Shown here piece after piece: positions 27,870 through 38,274 of a DNA stretch of 64,000 nucleotides. The notes below the pieces were generated by a model. It was given only the letters and a program-made list of their open reading frames with translations. It made no database searches and was not told the origin of the DNA. The translations under genes were made by a program, and so were the position numbers. The first letter of the stretch is position 1; every line of letters begins with the position of its first letter. Source of the DNA: Gemmatimonadota bacterium (lineage in GTDB: Bacteria > Gemmatimonadota > Gemmatimonadetes > Gemmatimonadales > GWC2-71-9); assembly GCA_041486305.1 (NCBI GenBank), contig JBGPLG010000009.1, positions 1,639 through 65,638 of the forward strand, written 5' to 3'.

Positions 27870-28681
27870 CGCCACTTCGTCAGGATTTCCTCGCGGCGGA
27901 AGCGCCGCAGGTTGCTGGCGAAGAGCCAGACCGCCGCGAGCCCGCCGATCACGGCGCCGCCGGCCCCCACCGCCGGCAGCGCCATCGCCGGACGCCCGAC
28001 CACCGCGACTATCACGAGGCTCACCGGCACGACCACCAGGCCGGTGAACTGGGTCGCACCGGGCACGTCGGTGAAGCGTGCGGATACCCGGAGGCCGGCG
28101 AGCGCGGCGAGCACGGTCAGCGCGGGCGCCAGCAGGAGCAGTCCCACCAGGTTGCCGGCGGTCGGGACGATGATTCTCCCGATTCGCCACCACGATCCCG
28201 CCATCCCGGCCATCATGCCGGCCGCGGCCGCGGCCCAGCTGATCAGCAGGGCCGGCCCGACCGCCGCCACCAGCTTGGCCAGGAGCAGGTCCCGGTCGGT
28301 GAGTGGCGTCGCGAGAATCGGCTCCAGCGTGCGCTGCTCCTTCTCCCGCACCAGCGCCAGCGCCGCGGCGCTGCTGGCAAGGATCACCGGCATCAGCAGG
28401 TAGAACACCACCATGTCTCGCAGCAGCAAACGGGCCACCTGCTCGGCCACGGTGGCTCCGGTTAGCGTGGGGTCGTTCGCGATCGTCTCGAGCAGCATCC
28501 GCGCGGTTGGATCGTGGGCGCCGCGGGCCGGATCGGTCAGCAGGGGCAGCAGGGCCAGGATCAGGATCGGCAGCAACACGGCGACCGCGGGGAGCAGGAG
28601 GTACGCGGGCCATACTTGCCGGTTGGAGCGGAGGTCGCGGAGCTCCTTGCGCATGAACAGGAACAGCACGTCCCGGGTCAT
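27866..28681 (-). CDS. ABC-2-type exporter permease
   Basis: KELRDL; EKEQRTLEPILATPL; LLAKL; about 6 TM. Confidence 0.88.
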   Translation of the reverse strand: MTRDVLFLFMRKELRDLRSNRQVWPAYLLLPAVAVLLPILILALLPLLTDPARGAHDPTARMLLETIANDPTLTGATVAEQVARLLLRDMVVFYLLMPVILASSAAALALVREKEQRTLEPILATPLTDRDLLLAKLVAAVGPALLISWAAAAAGMMAGMAGSWWRIGRIIVPTAGNLVGLLLLAPALTVLAALAGLRVSARFTDVPGATQFTGLVVVPVSLVIVAVVGRPAMALPAVGAGGAVIGGLAAVWLFASNLRRFRREEILTKWR

Positions 28682-29601
28682 GCGGCGGTCTCGTGTACCG
28701 CGCGGAGGTACACCTCCTCGAGCGACGGACTCACCGGCTTTACTGCCAGCACCGGCGCGCCCCGGGTCACCAGCTCCCGCACCACCACGGGCGTATCGCG
28801 GGCGGGATCGGTCACGGTGAGCCGGAGCACGGCCCCGCTGGCCTCGCAGGCCACTACACCTTGCAGGCCGCGAAGCGGTTCCACCAGCGGGGCCGCTGGT
28901 CCGCCGAGGCGGATCTCGATTTCCGGGGGCGCGGCGGTCAGTTCGGCGGGGGTGCCGAAGGCGAGCAGCCGCTGCCGCAGAATCCCGATCAGGTCCGCGA
29001 GCGACGCGGCCTCCTCCAGGTGGTGGGTGGAGAGCAGGATGGTCCGGCCCTCGCGCTTGAAATCCCCGATCAGGTCACGCACCTCGCGCGCCCCGGCCGG
29101 ATCGAGCCCGGCGGTGGGCTCATCGAGGAAGATCACCGTGGGCTCGTGCAGTACCGCCCGGATCAGCGCCAGCCGCTGCTTCATCCCCTTCGACCAGGTT
29201 CCGAAGGGGCGGTCCCGCGCGTCCCACAGGTCCAGCCGCCGGAGCCAATGCTCGATCCGGGACCGCAGCATGGCGCCGTCCAGTCCATAGAGCCGCCCGA
29301 ACAACAGCAGGTTTTCCGAGCCGCTCATCCGGTCGTAGAAGCCCGGGGCTTCGGTGAGCAGTCCGGTGCAGGCCCGCAATCGGGCGCCGTCGGCCGCACC
29401 AGCGGGAAGCTCCACGCCGGCCACCACCGCGCTGCCGCCGCCGGGCGGCAGCAGGCCGAGCAGCATCCGGATGGTGGTGGTCTTACCGGCGCCGTTGGGC
29501 CCCAGCAGGGCGCAGAGCCGGCCGTCGGGAACCGTGAAGGAAACGTCGGTGACCGCCGGGCGGCCCTCGAAGCTCCGGGAAAGGGAGCGGGCCTGGATCA
29601 T
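28678..29601 (-). CDS. ABC exporter ATP-binding protein
   Basis: GPNGAGKT; WSKGMKQR; FLDEPTAGLDP; STHHLEEA. Confidence 0.93.
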   Translation of the reverse strand: MIQARSLSRSFEGRPAVTDVSFTVPDGRLCALLGPNGAGKTTTIRMLLGLLPPGGGSAVVAGVELPAGAADGARLRACTGLLTEAPGFYDRMSGSENLLLFGRLYGLDGAMLRSRIEHWLRRLDLWDARDRPFGTWSKGMKQRLALIRAVLHEPTVIFLDEPTAGLDPAGAREVRDLIGDFKREGRTILLSTHHLEEAASLADLIGILRQRLLAFGTPAELTAAPPEIEIRLGGPAAPLVEPLRGLQGVVACEASGAVLRLTVTDPARDTPVVVRELVTRGAPVLAVKPVSPSLEEVYLRAVHETAA

Positions 29602-30923
29602 GCCCGCGCCGCCTGCACCTCACGCATGCCGCGGTCGATGTCCACCCGGGACAGCAGCACCGCGCCCACCACGAAGAATCCGACCACGACGAGCACCGCG
29701 GCCCGGCGGGAGTGGAAGCCATCCGACACGAAGCCGAACGATGTGCCGAGGATGGTGCCGAGCCGGGAGAACATGCCCCAGAAGCCGAACATCTGGGCCG
29801 TCCGGTCCGGGGGGGAGAGCAATCCGACCACCGTACGACTGGAGGCCTGGGTGGCGCCGATGCCGGCCCCGGCGAAGAGGCCCAGCGCATAGAACACCTT
29901 CTTGGGGTCGGTGCCGACGGCACCGGCGAGCGAATCGAGGAAGTAGATGCCCAGCACCCCCGCGATCCACCAGAGCAGCGTGAGCAGCACGGTCTTCTTG
30001 GGGCCGATCCGGCCCTCCAGCCACCCGAAGCCGAGCGCGCCCGCCGCGGCCGAGAGCTGCAGCACCAGGAAGAGCATGCCCAGCTCGCCGGTGGTCAGGT
30101 GGACCTCCTCCCGGGCGTAGATCCCGACGAACTTCACGATGGCATCGAGCCCGGCCATGTACACCATGAACGCGCCCAGGAACTGGAAGAGGATCCGGTT
30201 CCGGCGCGCGGTCTGCACGGTCTGGCCGAATTCCTTGAGCCCCGCCGTGAGAAGCCGGATGGCGCCGGCCCGCTCGAACCCCGGTGCCGGCCGGCTTCGG
30301 TTCCGGACCAGCAGGAAGGTGGGGGTCGCGGCGAGGAGGAAGAACAGGCCCACGCCGACCATCGCCATCTGGTTCTCCGAGATGTAGCGGGCGGGATTCA
30401 CGTCCGGGCTGGTGCGGATGATGATCCGGGTCGCCAGGATCACGCTGGCCAGCCCGCCGAAATATCCGATGCCCCAGCCCAATCCGGAGATCTTCCCCAT
30501 CGTCTCGGGGGTGGAGAGGTCGGGCAGGAAGCTCGCGCAGAACGATTCGCTCATCATGAAGGCGGCGTTGCTCACCACGACGAGGATGATGGCGGGCCAG
30601 ATGCCCCCCGGCCCGACCAGGACCAGCGCTCCGGTGCTGACCGAACAGAGGAGAGTAGTCGCGAGGAGGTAGGCCTTCTTCCGGCCGCTCAGGTCGCAGA
30701 TCGCCCCCGCGAGGGGCGCCAGCACCAGGGCGAGCAGCGTGGACAGGATGATCGCGATGGACCAGTAGGAATCCCGAATGGCCGAGCCGGCCGGCACGAT
30801 GTACCCCACGAAGAACGCCGAATACACCACCGTGATGACCACGGTGGTGTAACTCGAATTCGCGAAGTCGAACATCGCCCAGCCGAAGATCTCCCTCTTT
30901 CGGACCGGCAGGGCGTCCGTCAT
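29598..30923 (-). CDS. MFS transporter (UMF1/ATG22-like)
   Basis: WAMFDFANSSY; SFLPDL; GKISGLGWGIGYFGG; QASSR. Confidence 0.9.
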   Translation of the reverse strand: MTDALPVRKREIFGWAMFDFANSSYTTVVITVVYSAFFVGYIVPAGSAIRDSYWSIAIILSTLLALVLAPLAGAICDLSGRKKAYLLATTLLCSVSTGALVLVGPGGIWPAIILVVVSNAAFMMSESFCASFLPDLSTPETMGKISGLGWGIGYFGGLASVILATRIIIRTSPDVNPARYISENQMAMVGVGLFFLLAATPTFLLVRNRSRPAPGFERAGAIRLLTAGLKEFGQTVQTARRNRILFQFLGAFMVYMAGLDAIVKFVGIYAREEVHLTTGELGMLFLVLQLSAAAGALGFGWLEGRIGPKKTVLLTLLWWIAGVLGIYFLDSLAGAVGTDPKKVFYALGLFAGAGIGATQASSRTVVGLLSPPDRTAQMFGFWGMFSRLGTILGTSFGFVSDGFHSRRAAVLVVVGFFVVGAVLLSRVDIDRGMREVQAARA

Positions 30924-33900
30924 AGGGCGCTCGGCGGAATCGTGGCGACGTTCCGGCCGGCCAGCGCCCGGTTGAATGCGGCGAGGTCGACGGTCAGCAG
31001 GGACTGAAGCCGGGCCAGCTTCTGATCCAGCTCGGTGGACAGCTCCCGGAAGACCACGACGGAAGCGTCGGTGGGGCGGGCATCGCCGCCTTCGACGCTG
31101 CTCCGCAGCGCGGCGATACGGTCGGTAAGCTGGATGGGATAGTTGAGCAGATCCTGGCCGGAGCGGCTCCGGGTCTGGTAGAGCTCCTCCTCGAGCGCGG
31201 TGAGCTTGGCTTTGAACAGCTCACCCTGGCGCGCCAGCGGCGGGGCCCTGGCCACGCGGTCGTCGACGGCTTCCCGCAGACGCCTGATCGTCAGGACCGC
31301 CCCGTTGCCGAGGTTTTCCTTCTCCTGAATCTGCCGGGCCAGGGTGAACCGGGCGGCCAGGTCCGCGTCGGTGGCGTGTTTGAGGCGGGGGTCCCGCCGC
31401 ACGTCGAACGGCCGGGTCAGGGTCTTGCCCCCGGCGGTGAGGCGGACCTGGTACTGGCCCGGGGGCGCGGCCGGGCCGAAATCGGGTGAGCCACCCCAGA
31501 AAATCAGGCAATCGAAGGTGACGGAGCCGGGATAGCGGAGATCCCATTCGAAGCTGTTGAGTCCCGCTTCACGGGGCGGTGTCGGGGGCCGGAAGGGACG
31601 GACGTCGCACCCCATCCCGCGGAGTCGAACCGAGTCGGCCCGGGCCCGCGCGGTGTCCGCCGGCGCGCCGACGTAACGCCGGATGACCTGGCCGCCGGCA
31701 TCAAGAATCTCGATGGACAGCGTGTCGGCAGCCTTCTTGAGCGCGTAATTGAACCGCGCCCCGGAGAGCGAACGGATCGCGGGCGCCGGCTTGAACAGGT
31801 AGACGTCGGCCCCCGCGACCTCGGCGGTCATCTCGCGAAGCGGTGTGATGCCCTCGAGCAGCCACATCGAGCGCCCGTGGGTGGCGATGACGAGGTCGTG
31901 CTCTTCCACCACCAGATCGGGGACCTGGACGTCGGGCAGGTTGAGCGAGAGCGATTGCCAGTGGTCGCCGTCGTCCCAGGAGACATAGACTCCGTGCTCG
32001 GCGCCGGCGTAGAGCAGGCCTTTCCGCTTGGGATCCTCCCGGACCGCATGCACATAGTCGTCGGCCCGGATGCCGGTGACCGTCCTTTGCCAGGTCTTGC
32101 CGCAGTCGTGGGTACGGAAGATGTACGGCGCCCGGTCGTCGAGCTGATAGCGCTTGGCGGCCAGATACGCGGTGCAGACCTCGAAGCGCCCGGCTTCAAT
32201 CAGGGAGATCCGGCTGAATCCGGGGAGGGCGGGCGGCGTGATGTTCGTCCAGGTCTTGCCGCCATCGCGGCTGATGTGGGCCACGCCGTCATCCGAGCCG
32301 GTCCAGATGGTATTGAGCTCCTGAAACGACGGCGCCACGGTGAAGATGGTGCCGTAGATCTCGGGACCGTTCATGTCGTGGGTTATCGGCCCGCCCGAGA
32401 GGCCGAGGGTCTTGGGATCGGCGCGGGTGAGGTCGGGACTGATCCGCTCCCAGGACTGCCCGTCGGTGGTCGTCCTGAACAAGTGCTGGGAACTGGCGAA
32501 CAGCACGTTGGGATCGACCGGGGAAAAGACGATCGGGAAGGTCCACTGCCACCGCTCGGGCAACGAGCTGGCCGGCTCGCCGGAAAAGAACCGGGGGTAG
32601 ATCTGGACATCCCGGTTCTCCCCGTTGCTGCGGTCGTATCGGGTCAGCAGCGCGCCCTGGCTCCCGGCGAAGAAGACATCGGGATTCCGCGGGTCGGGGG
32701 CGATGTACCCGCTCTCCCCGCCGGAGACGTGATAGAAGAAATCCCCGCTGGAGTTGTAGAGCTGGGTCCAGGGCACCGACCAGGAGCTGGCGACGCAGAA
32801 GGTGCTGTTGTCCTGCTGAGAACCGCAGACGTGGTAGGGAACCTCCCGGGTGGTGGTCACATGATAGGCCTGGGCGGTGGGATACATGATCGAGGTCCAG
32901 GTGCGCCCGCCGTTGAGGCTCACGGATCCGCCGCCGTCGCTGGCGTTGGCGATGCGCTGGGTGTCGTTGGGATCGATCCAGAGGTCGTGATTGTCCCCGT
33001 GGGGGTCCGGGACGCCGTTGAAGGTCACCCCTCCGTCGTCGGAGCGGAACATCGTGGTGTTGAGAACGTAGACCCGGTCCTTGTCCTTCGGGTCCGCGTA
33101 GATCCGCGAGTAGTAGAAGGCGCGCTGGCGGAGCTTGCGGTCGGCGTTGGTCCGTTTCCAAGTGGCGCCGCCGTCGTCGGAGCGGAAGACGCCGCCGTCA
33201 TCGTTCTCCACGATGGCCCAGACCCGCCCGGGCACCGCGGGCGAAACCGCCACGCCGATCTTCCCGATGATGCCTTTCGGCAGGCCCGGGTTGCGGGTCA
33301 GCTCGGTCCAGCTGTCGCCGCCGTCGACCGACTTGAACAGGCCGCTGCCCGCGCCGCCGCTCGACATGGTCCACGGGGTGCGGTACGCCTGCCAGAGCGC
33401 CGCGTAGAGCACGTTGCCGTTGTTCCGGTCGATGGTCAGGTCCACCGCCGCGGTGGAGTCGTTCCGGAACAGGACCCGCTCCCAGGTGCGGCCAGCGTCC
33501 TTGGACCGGTACACCCCGCGCTCCGGGCTGGGCGCGTAGGGCTTGCCGAACGCGGCCACGTACACCAGATCGGGGTTGACGCGGTCCACCCTAACCCGCG
33601 CGATCGCCTGCACCCGGTCGAGCCCTGCGCGGGTCCAGGTCTTTCCGGCATCGCCGCTCCGGTAGACGCCGTCGCCCTGCATGATGTTGCCGCGAAACTC
33701 GGTTTCGCCCATCCCGATGTAGACCACGTCCGGATTCGACTCGCTGACCCCCACCGCCCCGACCGAGGAGCTCCGGATCTGCCCATCGGTCACCGGACGC
33801 CACGACGTACCCCCGTCGGTCGTCTTCCAGAGCCCGCCACCCACCGCGCCGAAGTAATACTCGTTGGGCCGGCTGGGAATGCCGGTGACGGCGGTGGAGC

Positions 33901-34036
33901 GCCCGCCCCGGTTCGGGCCGATGTTGCGCCAGCTCATCCCCTTGAACAGGGTGGAATCGAACCCCTGGGCGGACAGCGCCCGGACCAACGTGAAGGCGAG
34001 CAACGCTGGCAACGGCGCCGAGCGGCGGAATGGCAT
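30920..34036 (-). CDS. Exported Vps10/BNR (Asp-box) beta-propeller protein, paralog 1
   Basis: Signal peptide; WRNIGPNRGGR; many SxDGGxTW boxes; GSQQDN; ATHGRS; WDLRY; helical C-terminus. Confidence 0.88.
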   Translation of the reverse strand: MPFRRSAPLPALLAFTLVRALSAQGFDSTLFKGMSWRNIGPNRGGRSTAVTGIPSRPNEYYFGAVGGGLWKTTDGGTSWRPVTDGQIRSSSVGAVGVSESNPDVVYIGMGETEFRGNIMQGDGVYRSGDAGKTWTRAGLDRVQAIARVRVDRVNPDLVYVAAFGKPYAPSPERGVYRSKDAGRTWERVLFRNDSTAAVDLTIDRNNGNVLYAALWQAYRTPWTMSSGGAGSGLFKSVDGGDSWTELTRNPGLPKGIIGKIGVAVSPAVPGRVWAIVENDDGGVFRSDDGGATWKRTNADRKLRQRAFYYSRIYADPKDKDRVYVLNTTMFRSDDGGVTFNGVPDPHGDNHDLWIDPNDTQRIANASDGGGSVSLNGGRTWTSIMYPTAQAYHVTTTREVPYHVCGSQQDNSTFCVASSWSVPWTQLYNSSGDFFYHVSGGESGYIAPDPRNPDVFFAGSQGALLTRYDRSNGENRDVQIYPRFFSGEPASSLPERWQWTFPIVFSPVDPNVLFASSQHLFRTTTDGQSWERISPDLTRADPKTLGLSGGPITHDMNGPEIYGTIFTVAPSFQELNTIWTGSDDGVAHISRDGGKTWTNITPPALPGFSRISLIEAGRFEVCTAYLAAKRYQLDDRAPYIFRTHDCGKTWQRTVTGIRADDYVHAVREDPKRKGLLYAGAEHGVYVSWDDGDHWQSLSLNLPDVQVPDLVVEEHDLVIATHGRSMWLLEGITPLREMTAEVAGADVYLFKPAPAIRSLSGARFNYALKKAADTLSIEILDAGGQVIRRYVGAPADTARARADSVRLRGMGCDVRPFRPPTPPREAGLNSFEWDLRYPGSVTFDCLIFWGGSPDFGPAAPPGQYQVRLTAGGKTLTRPFDVRRDPRLKHATDADLAARFTLARQIQEKENLGNGAVLTIRRLREAVDDRVARAPPLARQGELFKAKLTALEEELYQTRSRSGQDLLNYPIQLTDRIAALRSSVEGGDARPTDASVVVFRELSTELDQKLARLQSLLTVDLAAFNRALAGRNVATIPPSAL

Positions 34037-34049
34037 CGGGACCTCGCAG

Positions 34050-34079
34050 GAGGCTAAGACGCTGAGACGCTACGATGGC
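34050..34079 (+). repeat. Octamer array GAGGCTAA GACGCTGA GACGCTAC GATGGC
   Basis: About 13 nt upstream of the Vps10 paralog 1 start. Confidence 0.8.
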
Positions 34080-34166
34080 GCCCGGAACCTACTGGATGGC
34101 GCGCGGGCCCGTCCAGAGCGGAGCTCCCGGCTTGCCACTCCGCCGCCGGAGCCCAATCTTCCGAAC

Positions 34167-34832
34167 ATGTTCATCGGACATTTCGCGGTCGGATTCGCCG
34201 CCAAGCGCTGGGCCCGGGAAGCGCCACTCGGCGTGCTCCTGTTGGCACCGCTGCTGCTCGACGTGCTCTGGCCGGTGTTCTGCCTGGTCGGCATCGAGCA
34301 GTACCGGATCCTCCCCGAGGGTGGACCTTTCACCCGGCTGGAGTTCATCAGCTACCCGTGGTCGCACAGCCTGGCGATGTCGATCGTCTGGGGTCTGCTG
34401 CTGGGGGCCTTGTGGCGGTTCCGGGGAGGCAGCGGACGCAGCGCCGCCCTTCTCGCCGCCCTGGTGATGAGCCACTGGGTGCTCGACTGGGTCACCCACC
34501 TGCCCGACCTGCCGCTGTGGCCGCCCCGAGGGCCGCGCCTGGGGTTGGGGTTGTGGAATTCCGTCGCGGGGACCGTTACGGTCGAGTCGCTGATGCTGGC
34601 GGGCGGCGCATGGCTCTACTTCTCCGCTACCCGGGCCAAGGGGCATATCGGCAGGATCGGACCGTGGGCTTATCTCGCGCTGCTCGCCACGCTCTACGTG
34701 GCAAGCGTCGCCGGGCCCCCGCCCCCGGTCGGGGCGGAGCGGCTGGTCTCGATCGTGGCATTGGTCTTCGTGCTGCTGGTGCCCCTGGCTTCGTGGATCG
34801 ACGGGCACCGGCAGTCTACGGCGGCGGGCTAG
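34167..34832 (+). CDS. Membrane metal-dependent hydrolase (YdjM-like)
   Basis: MFIGHF, YPWSHSL, SHWVLDWVTHLPDL, LGLGLWNS; TTGCCA-N17-AATCTT-N6-ATG promoter. Confidence 0.85.
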   Translation: MFIGHFAVGFAAKRWAREAPLGVLLLAPLLLDVLWPVFCLVGIEQYRILPEGGPFTRLEFISYPWSHSLAMSIVWGLLLGALWRFRGGSGRSAALLAALVMSHWVLDWVTHLPDLPLWPPRGPRLGLGLWNSVAGTVTVESLMLAGGAWLYFSATRAKGHIGRIGPWAYLALLATLYVASVAGPPPPVGAERLVSIVALVFVLLVPLASWIDGHRQSTAAG

Positions 34833-35005
34833 GTGGCGGGCGGATCCTTCGAGCGAGTCTTGCCGACTCCCTTCAGGATGCCGAGGCCGAGAAGAATCGT
34901 GCAGGTAATGGCGATCCAGACGGTCGGGATCCCGGCCCTGGACATGCCCCAGGCCACTCCCGCGATGACGATGACGAAGCCGATGACATACAGCATGAAA
35001 GACAT
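34829..35005 (-). CDS. Small two-TM membrane protein
   Basis: MSFMLYVIGFVIVIAGVAWG...WIAITCTILLGLGILKGVGKTRSKDPPAT; start could be 35017. Confidence 0.7.
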   Translation of the reverse strand: MSFMLYVIGFVIVIAGVAWGMSRAGIPTVWIAITCTILLGLGILKGVGKTRSKDPPAT

Positions 35006-35090
35006 GAAAAGCCTCATGGGCTGATAGATCAGTACGGCACCCGGTGGGTCCGTACCTGGTAGTGACGACCGCCGAGTATTATCAGCCACC

Positions 35091-36038
35091 ATGAACCCCG
35101 CCCCGTGGCATCCCAAACGCATCCTGGTCTCCCACACCCTCCATGAAGGCCTGGGCGACTATCTCCTGGCCCGCCGCCCTGACCTCGCGATCCGGGCCCG
35201 GGGCTCGGCGGAAATCACCGCCGAAGACGTGCAGTGGGCCGAGGTGCTGGTGGGGTTCCGGCCGCCGCGCTCGGGCCCCTGGCGGACCCTCCGGTGGATC
35301 CACTGCATCGGGGCCGGGGTCGATGCCTTCGCGTTTCGGACCGGACTGGCGCCGGGCACACTGCTCACCCGAACCGCGGAAGACTTCGGACCCCAGATCG
35401 GGGAGTACTGTCTCGCCCGGGCTCTGGCCGTGACCCAGCGGCTCCGGCACCTCGAGGCGGAACAGCAGGCCCGGAGCTGGAGGCCGAAGCACCCCGAGCA
35501 GATCCGGAGTACCCGGGTGCTGGTGGTAGGAACCGGCGCGGTGGGCCGGGGCATCGCCCGGGCGTTCCTGGGCGTCGGCTGCGCCGTGAGCGGCGTCTCC
35601 CGAAGCGGCGCGGCGAGTGACCCCTTCGGGCAGGTGCATCCGATCGCCGACTTCGCCGCAGCGGCCCGGGGGGTGCGATGGCTGGTGCTGGCCTGCCCCC
35701 TGACCGAGGACACGTATCACCTGCTCGACCGGGACCGGCTGGGGCGGTGCGACGGGGCCTATCTCATCAACGTGGGCCGGGGGCCGCTGGTCCAGGAGGA
35801 GCTCCTTCCCGAGGCCCTGGACCACGGGTGGCTCCGGGGCGCGGCGCTGGATGTCTTCGAGACCGAACCGCTGCCGGCGGAGTCGCCGCTCTGGATCCGG
35901 CCCGAGGTGACCGTCTCCCCGCACATCTCCGGTCTCACCACGATCCCCGGCGCCGGAGACGGGTTTCTTGCCTCGCTCGCGGCGGTGGAGGCGGGCACCC
36001 GTCCCGCGCTCGCGGTGGATCCGACCCGAGGCTACTAG
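35091..36038 (+). CDS. D-2-hydroxyacid dehydrogenase
   Basis: GAGVD, VVGTGAVG, INVGRG, AALDVFETEPLP, SPHISG. Confidence 0.92.
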   Translation: MNPAPWHPKRILVSHTLHEGLGDYLLARRPDLAIRARGSAEITAEDVQWAEVLVGFRPPRSGPWRTLRWIHCIGAGVDAFAFRTGLAPGTLLTRTAEDFGPQIGEYCLARALAVTQRLRHLEAEQQARSWRPKHPEQIRSTRVLVVGTGAVGRGIARAFLGVGCAVSGVSRSGAASDPFGQVHPIADFAAAARGVRWLVLACPLTEDTYHLLDRDRLGRCDGAYLINVGRGPLVQEELLPEALDHGWLRGAALDVFETEPLPAESPLWIRPEVTVSPHISGLTTIPGAGDGFLASLAAVEAGTRPALAVDPTRGY

Positions 36039-36044
36039 ACGCGA

Positions 36045-36078
36045 CGAGGCCCCGCCGGCCGCTGCCGGCGGGGCCTCG
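36045..36078. terminator. GC-rich 15-bp hairpin between convergent genes
   Basis: CGAGGCCCCGCCGGC-CGCT-GCCGGCGGGGCCTCG; no U-tract. Confidence 0.7.
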
Positions 36079-36101
36079 CGACACCGATCGACTTCGTCAG
36101 C

Positions 36102-36695
36102 CTAGATCTTGAAAGCGAACCCGCCGGTGATCGGGAACATCGTGGCGGATGAGGTCTTGAAGATCTGGCCGCCGGTCCGCTTGAGCGCCATGTCCGCCTG
36201 AACACTGCCCAGAAGGCCGATACGATCGGCGAACCAGTAGGTGACGGTGGCGCCGCCATTGACGGCGATGTGCGCGTCGGTCTTCACCCCCCGCTCGTCC
36301 TTGAGCTGCTGATTGGGCGAGAAGACCATGAGGCCGGGACCGGCGTTGACCGCGAAGGTCACCTTCTCGGTGTGCACCAGGTCGAAGCTGACCTTCAGGA
36401 ACGTGTGCAGCACGCTCCACTGCAGATCGGTCGGCCCGCCCCGGACCGTGCCATCGGGCAGCTTCTGGCTGTGATGGGCCCAGTCGGCGGACAGCCCGAG
36501 GTGGAGGCGGTCTCCGAGGGCAATGTACGCCCCACCGCCGAAAGAGGTCTGGCCCTTGAGCGAGTCCTTGGCGACGCCGGTGCTGAAGGTGTACCCGGCG
36601 CGCACATCGACCGTGGCGTACCGGTCCTGTGCGAAAACGGGGCTCGCGAGAAGGCCGAGGAGACCAGCGGCGAACATGGGACGAAGGACTCTCAT
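36102..36695 (-). CDS. Small outer-membrane beta-barrel (OmpA/OmpW-like)
   Basis: GGGAG RBS; signal peptide ending VFA; about 8 amphipathic strands; C-terminus GGFAFKI. Confidence 0.75.
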   Translation of the reverse strand: MRVLRPMFAAGLLGLLASPVFAQDRYATVDVRAGYTFSTGVAKDSLKGQTSFGGGAYIALGDRLHLGLSADWAHHSQKLPDGTVRGGPTDLQWSVLHTFLKVSFDLVHTEKVTFAVNAGPGLMVFSPNQQLKDERGVKTDAHIAVNGGATVTYWFADRIGLLGSVQADMALKRTGGQIFKTSSATMFPITGGFAFKI

Positions 36696-36929
36696 GCGTC
36701 ACTCCCTTTGGACGAATGGGTGCGAAACTCAGGTGCTGCGCGCTCGGCGCGCTATATCCGGGATACTGGAAGGGCGTCGGACGCCCCAACCCGCAACCAA
36801 TCAACGCTTTCGGGGCGGTTTGGTCAAGATGCTCCCCTCGGCGAGAATGCCGGGGGGTCCTGACAGTCCCCCCTGGCGCAAGGTAACTTGCCCCTACCCA
36901 AAATCCCTCACTTCTACGGAATTCGGCCG

Positions 36930-37760
36930 ATGCCCAACCTGGCAACGCTGCATCCACAGATCGTTCATTTCGTCATCGCGCTGGGTCTCCTTGGCGTCCT
37001 GTTGCGGGTCGTCTCCTTGCTGGGGAAGGGCGCCTGGATGAACCCCGCCGCGGCCCTGCTGCTCATTCTGGCGGCCGGCGCGGGCGTGCTGGCCCAGCAG
37101 TCCGGAACCGACGCCCACGGGCCGGTGGAGCGGGTCCCCGGCGCCCGGGAAGCGGTCCAAACCCACGAGGACTGGGGCAAACGGGCCCGGAACGTCCTGC
37201 TTGCCGTCGGGGTGCTCGAGATCTTCGGGCTGATGCTGGCGACCCGCGGCGCCGGCAAGGTGATCCGGGCGGCCTCGGCGCTGACCGGGATTGCCGCCGG
37301 GGTGTGCATCTACGAAGCCGGCGAGCACGGCGGCGACCTGGTGTACAACTACGCCGGTGGAATCGGCATCCGGTCGGGCGCTTCGGCGGACGTGAAGCAG
37401 CTGCTGGTTGCCGGCCTCTATCATGAGGCGCGCATCGCCCGGGACTCGGGGCGAGCCGAGGAAGCGGCCCGGCTGACCGACGAGCTGCTCCGGATGCAGC
37501 CCGATGATCCGGCGGTGCGCTTCCTGGCCATCGAGTCCAAGCTCCGGGACCGCCACGACCCTCTGGGAGCGCTCAACGATCTGGCGCAGATGCAGGTCGC
37601 GGCCGACGATCCCCGGCTCGCGACCCGGCATGGCATCCTGATGGCGCAGGCGCTGGTCGCGGCGGGACAGACCGACAGCGCCCGGGCCGTGCTGACGGCG
37701 CTGGCCCAGCGGTTCCCCCAGAGCCAGGGCGTCAAGGCGGCGCTGGAGAAGCTCAAGTAA
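36930..37760 (+). CDS. DUF2231 membrane domain fused to a TPR-like C-terminus
   Basis: LHPQIVHF, HEDWG, GEHGGDLVY; C-terminal ALVAAGQTDSARAVL...FPQS. Confidence 0.8.
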   Translation: MPNLATLHPQIVHFVIALGLLGVLLRVVSLLGKGAWMNPAAALLLILAAGAGVLAQQSGTDAHGPVERVPGAREAVQTHEDWGKRARNVLLAVGVLEIFGLMLATRGAGKVIRAASALTGIAAGVCIYEAGEHGGDLVYNYAGGIGIRSGASADVKQLLVAGLYHEARIARDSGRAEEAARLTDELLRMQPDDPAVRFLAIESKLRDRHDPLGALNDLAQMQVAADDPRLATRHGILMAQALVAAGQTDSARAVLTALAQRFPQSQGVKAALEKLK

Positions 37761-38198
37761 TCAGGCCCGGAGGTAGTCGGGTCGCCACGCCGTGACGGCG
37801 GCCTTGATGTCTTTGCGGGAGACGATCTCCCCGGCCAGGATGCGGTCGACCAGGCCGGCCACCTCGGCATCGGGGGCAAACCGGAGACCCACCAGGTGAT
37901 CGCGGGAGAGCCGTGCGATGTCGGCGCCCCGGGCCGGCATCAGCCGGGTGAGCCGGAGAGTTTCTTCGAGCCGGATGACCCGGTCCTGCACGGTCAGGGC
38001 CATCCGGCGCAGGAAGACCGCGGCCGTTCCCAGCGCCAGGGCCACCACCGCCCCCCAGGCACTCGCCGCGCCCGGTGCGCGGACCGCGGCCACGATCTGC
38101 ACGATCACGTTGATCAGGAGCACCGGTAGCACGAAGAAATGGAATGCCGGCACGTAGCGGGCGTGGTTGGCGTGGGACTGCGGGGGGGTGTCGGACAT
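37761..38198 (-). CDS. DUF6526-like membrane protein
   Basis: QSHANHARYVPAFHF, QDRVIRLEE, GLRFAPDAE, IKAAVTAWRPDYLRA. Confidence 0.8.
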   Translation of the reverse strand: MSDTPPQSHANHARYVPAFHFFVLPVLLINVIVQIVAAVRAPGAASAWGAVVALALGTAAVFLRRMALTVQDRVIRLEETLRLTRLMPARGADIARLSRDHLVGLRFAPDAEVAGLVDRILAGEIVSRKDIKAAVTAWRPDYLRA

Positions 38199-38212
38199 AG
38201 GGCCTGTCTTCA

Positions 38213-38268
38213 GGTGAGAAGTGAGAGGTGACCGGTGACCGGTGACCGGTGACCGGTGACCGGTGACC
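38213..38268 (+). repeat. Heptamer tandem repeat (GGTGACC)x6 preceded by two degenerate units
   Basis: GGTGAGA AGTGAGA, then six perfect GGTGACC units at 38227-38268. Confidence 0.92.
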
Positions 38269-38274
38269 AGTTTC

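Noticed and set aside
36849-36877. G/C hairpin in the 36696-36929 divergent spacer as a riboswitch or ncRNA
   Set aside because: No recognisable aptamer consensus; an Rfam/Infernal scan would be needed
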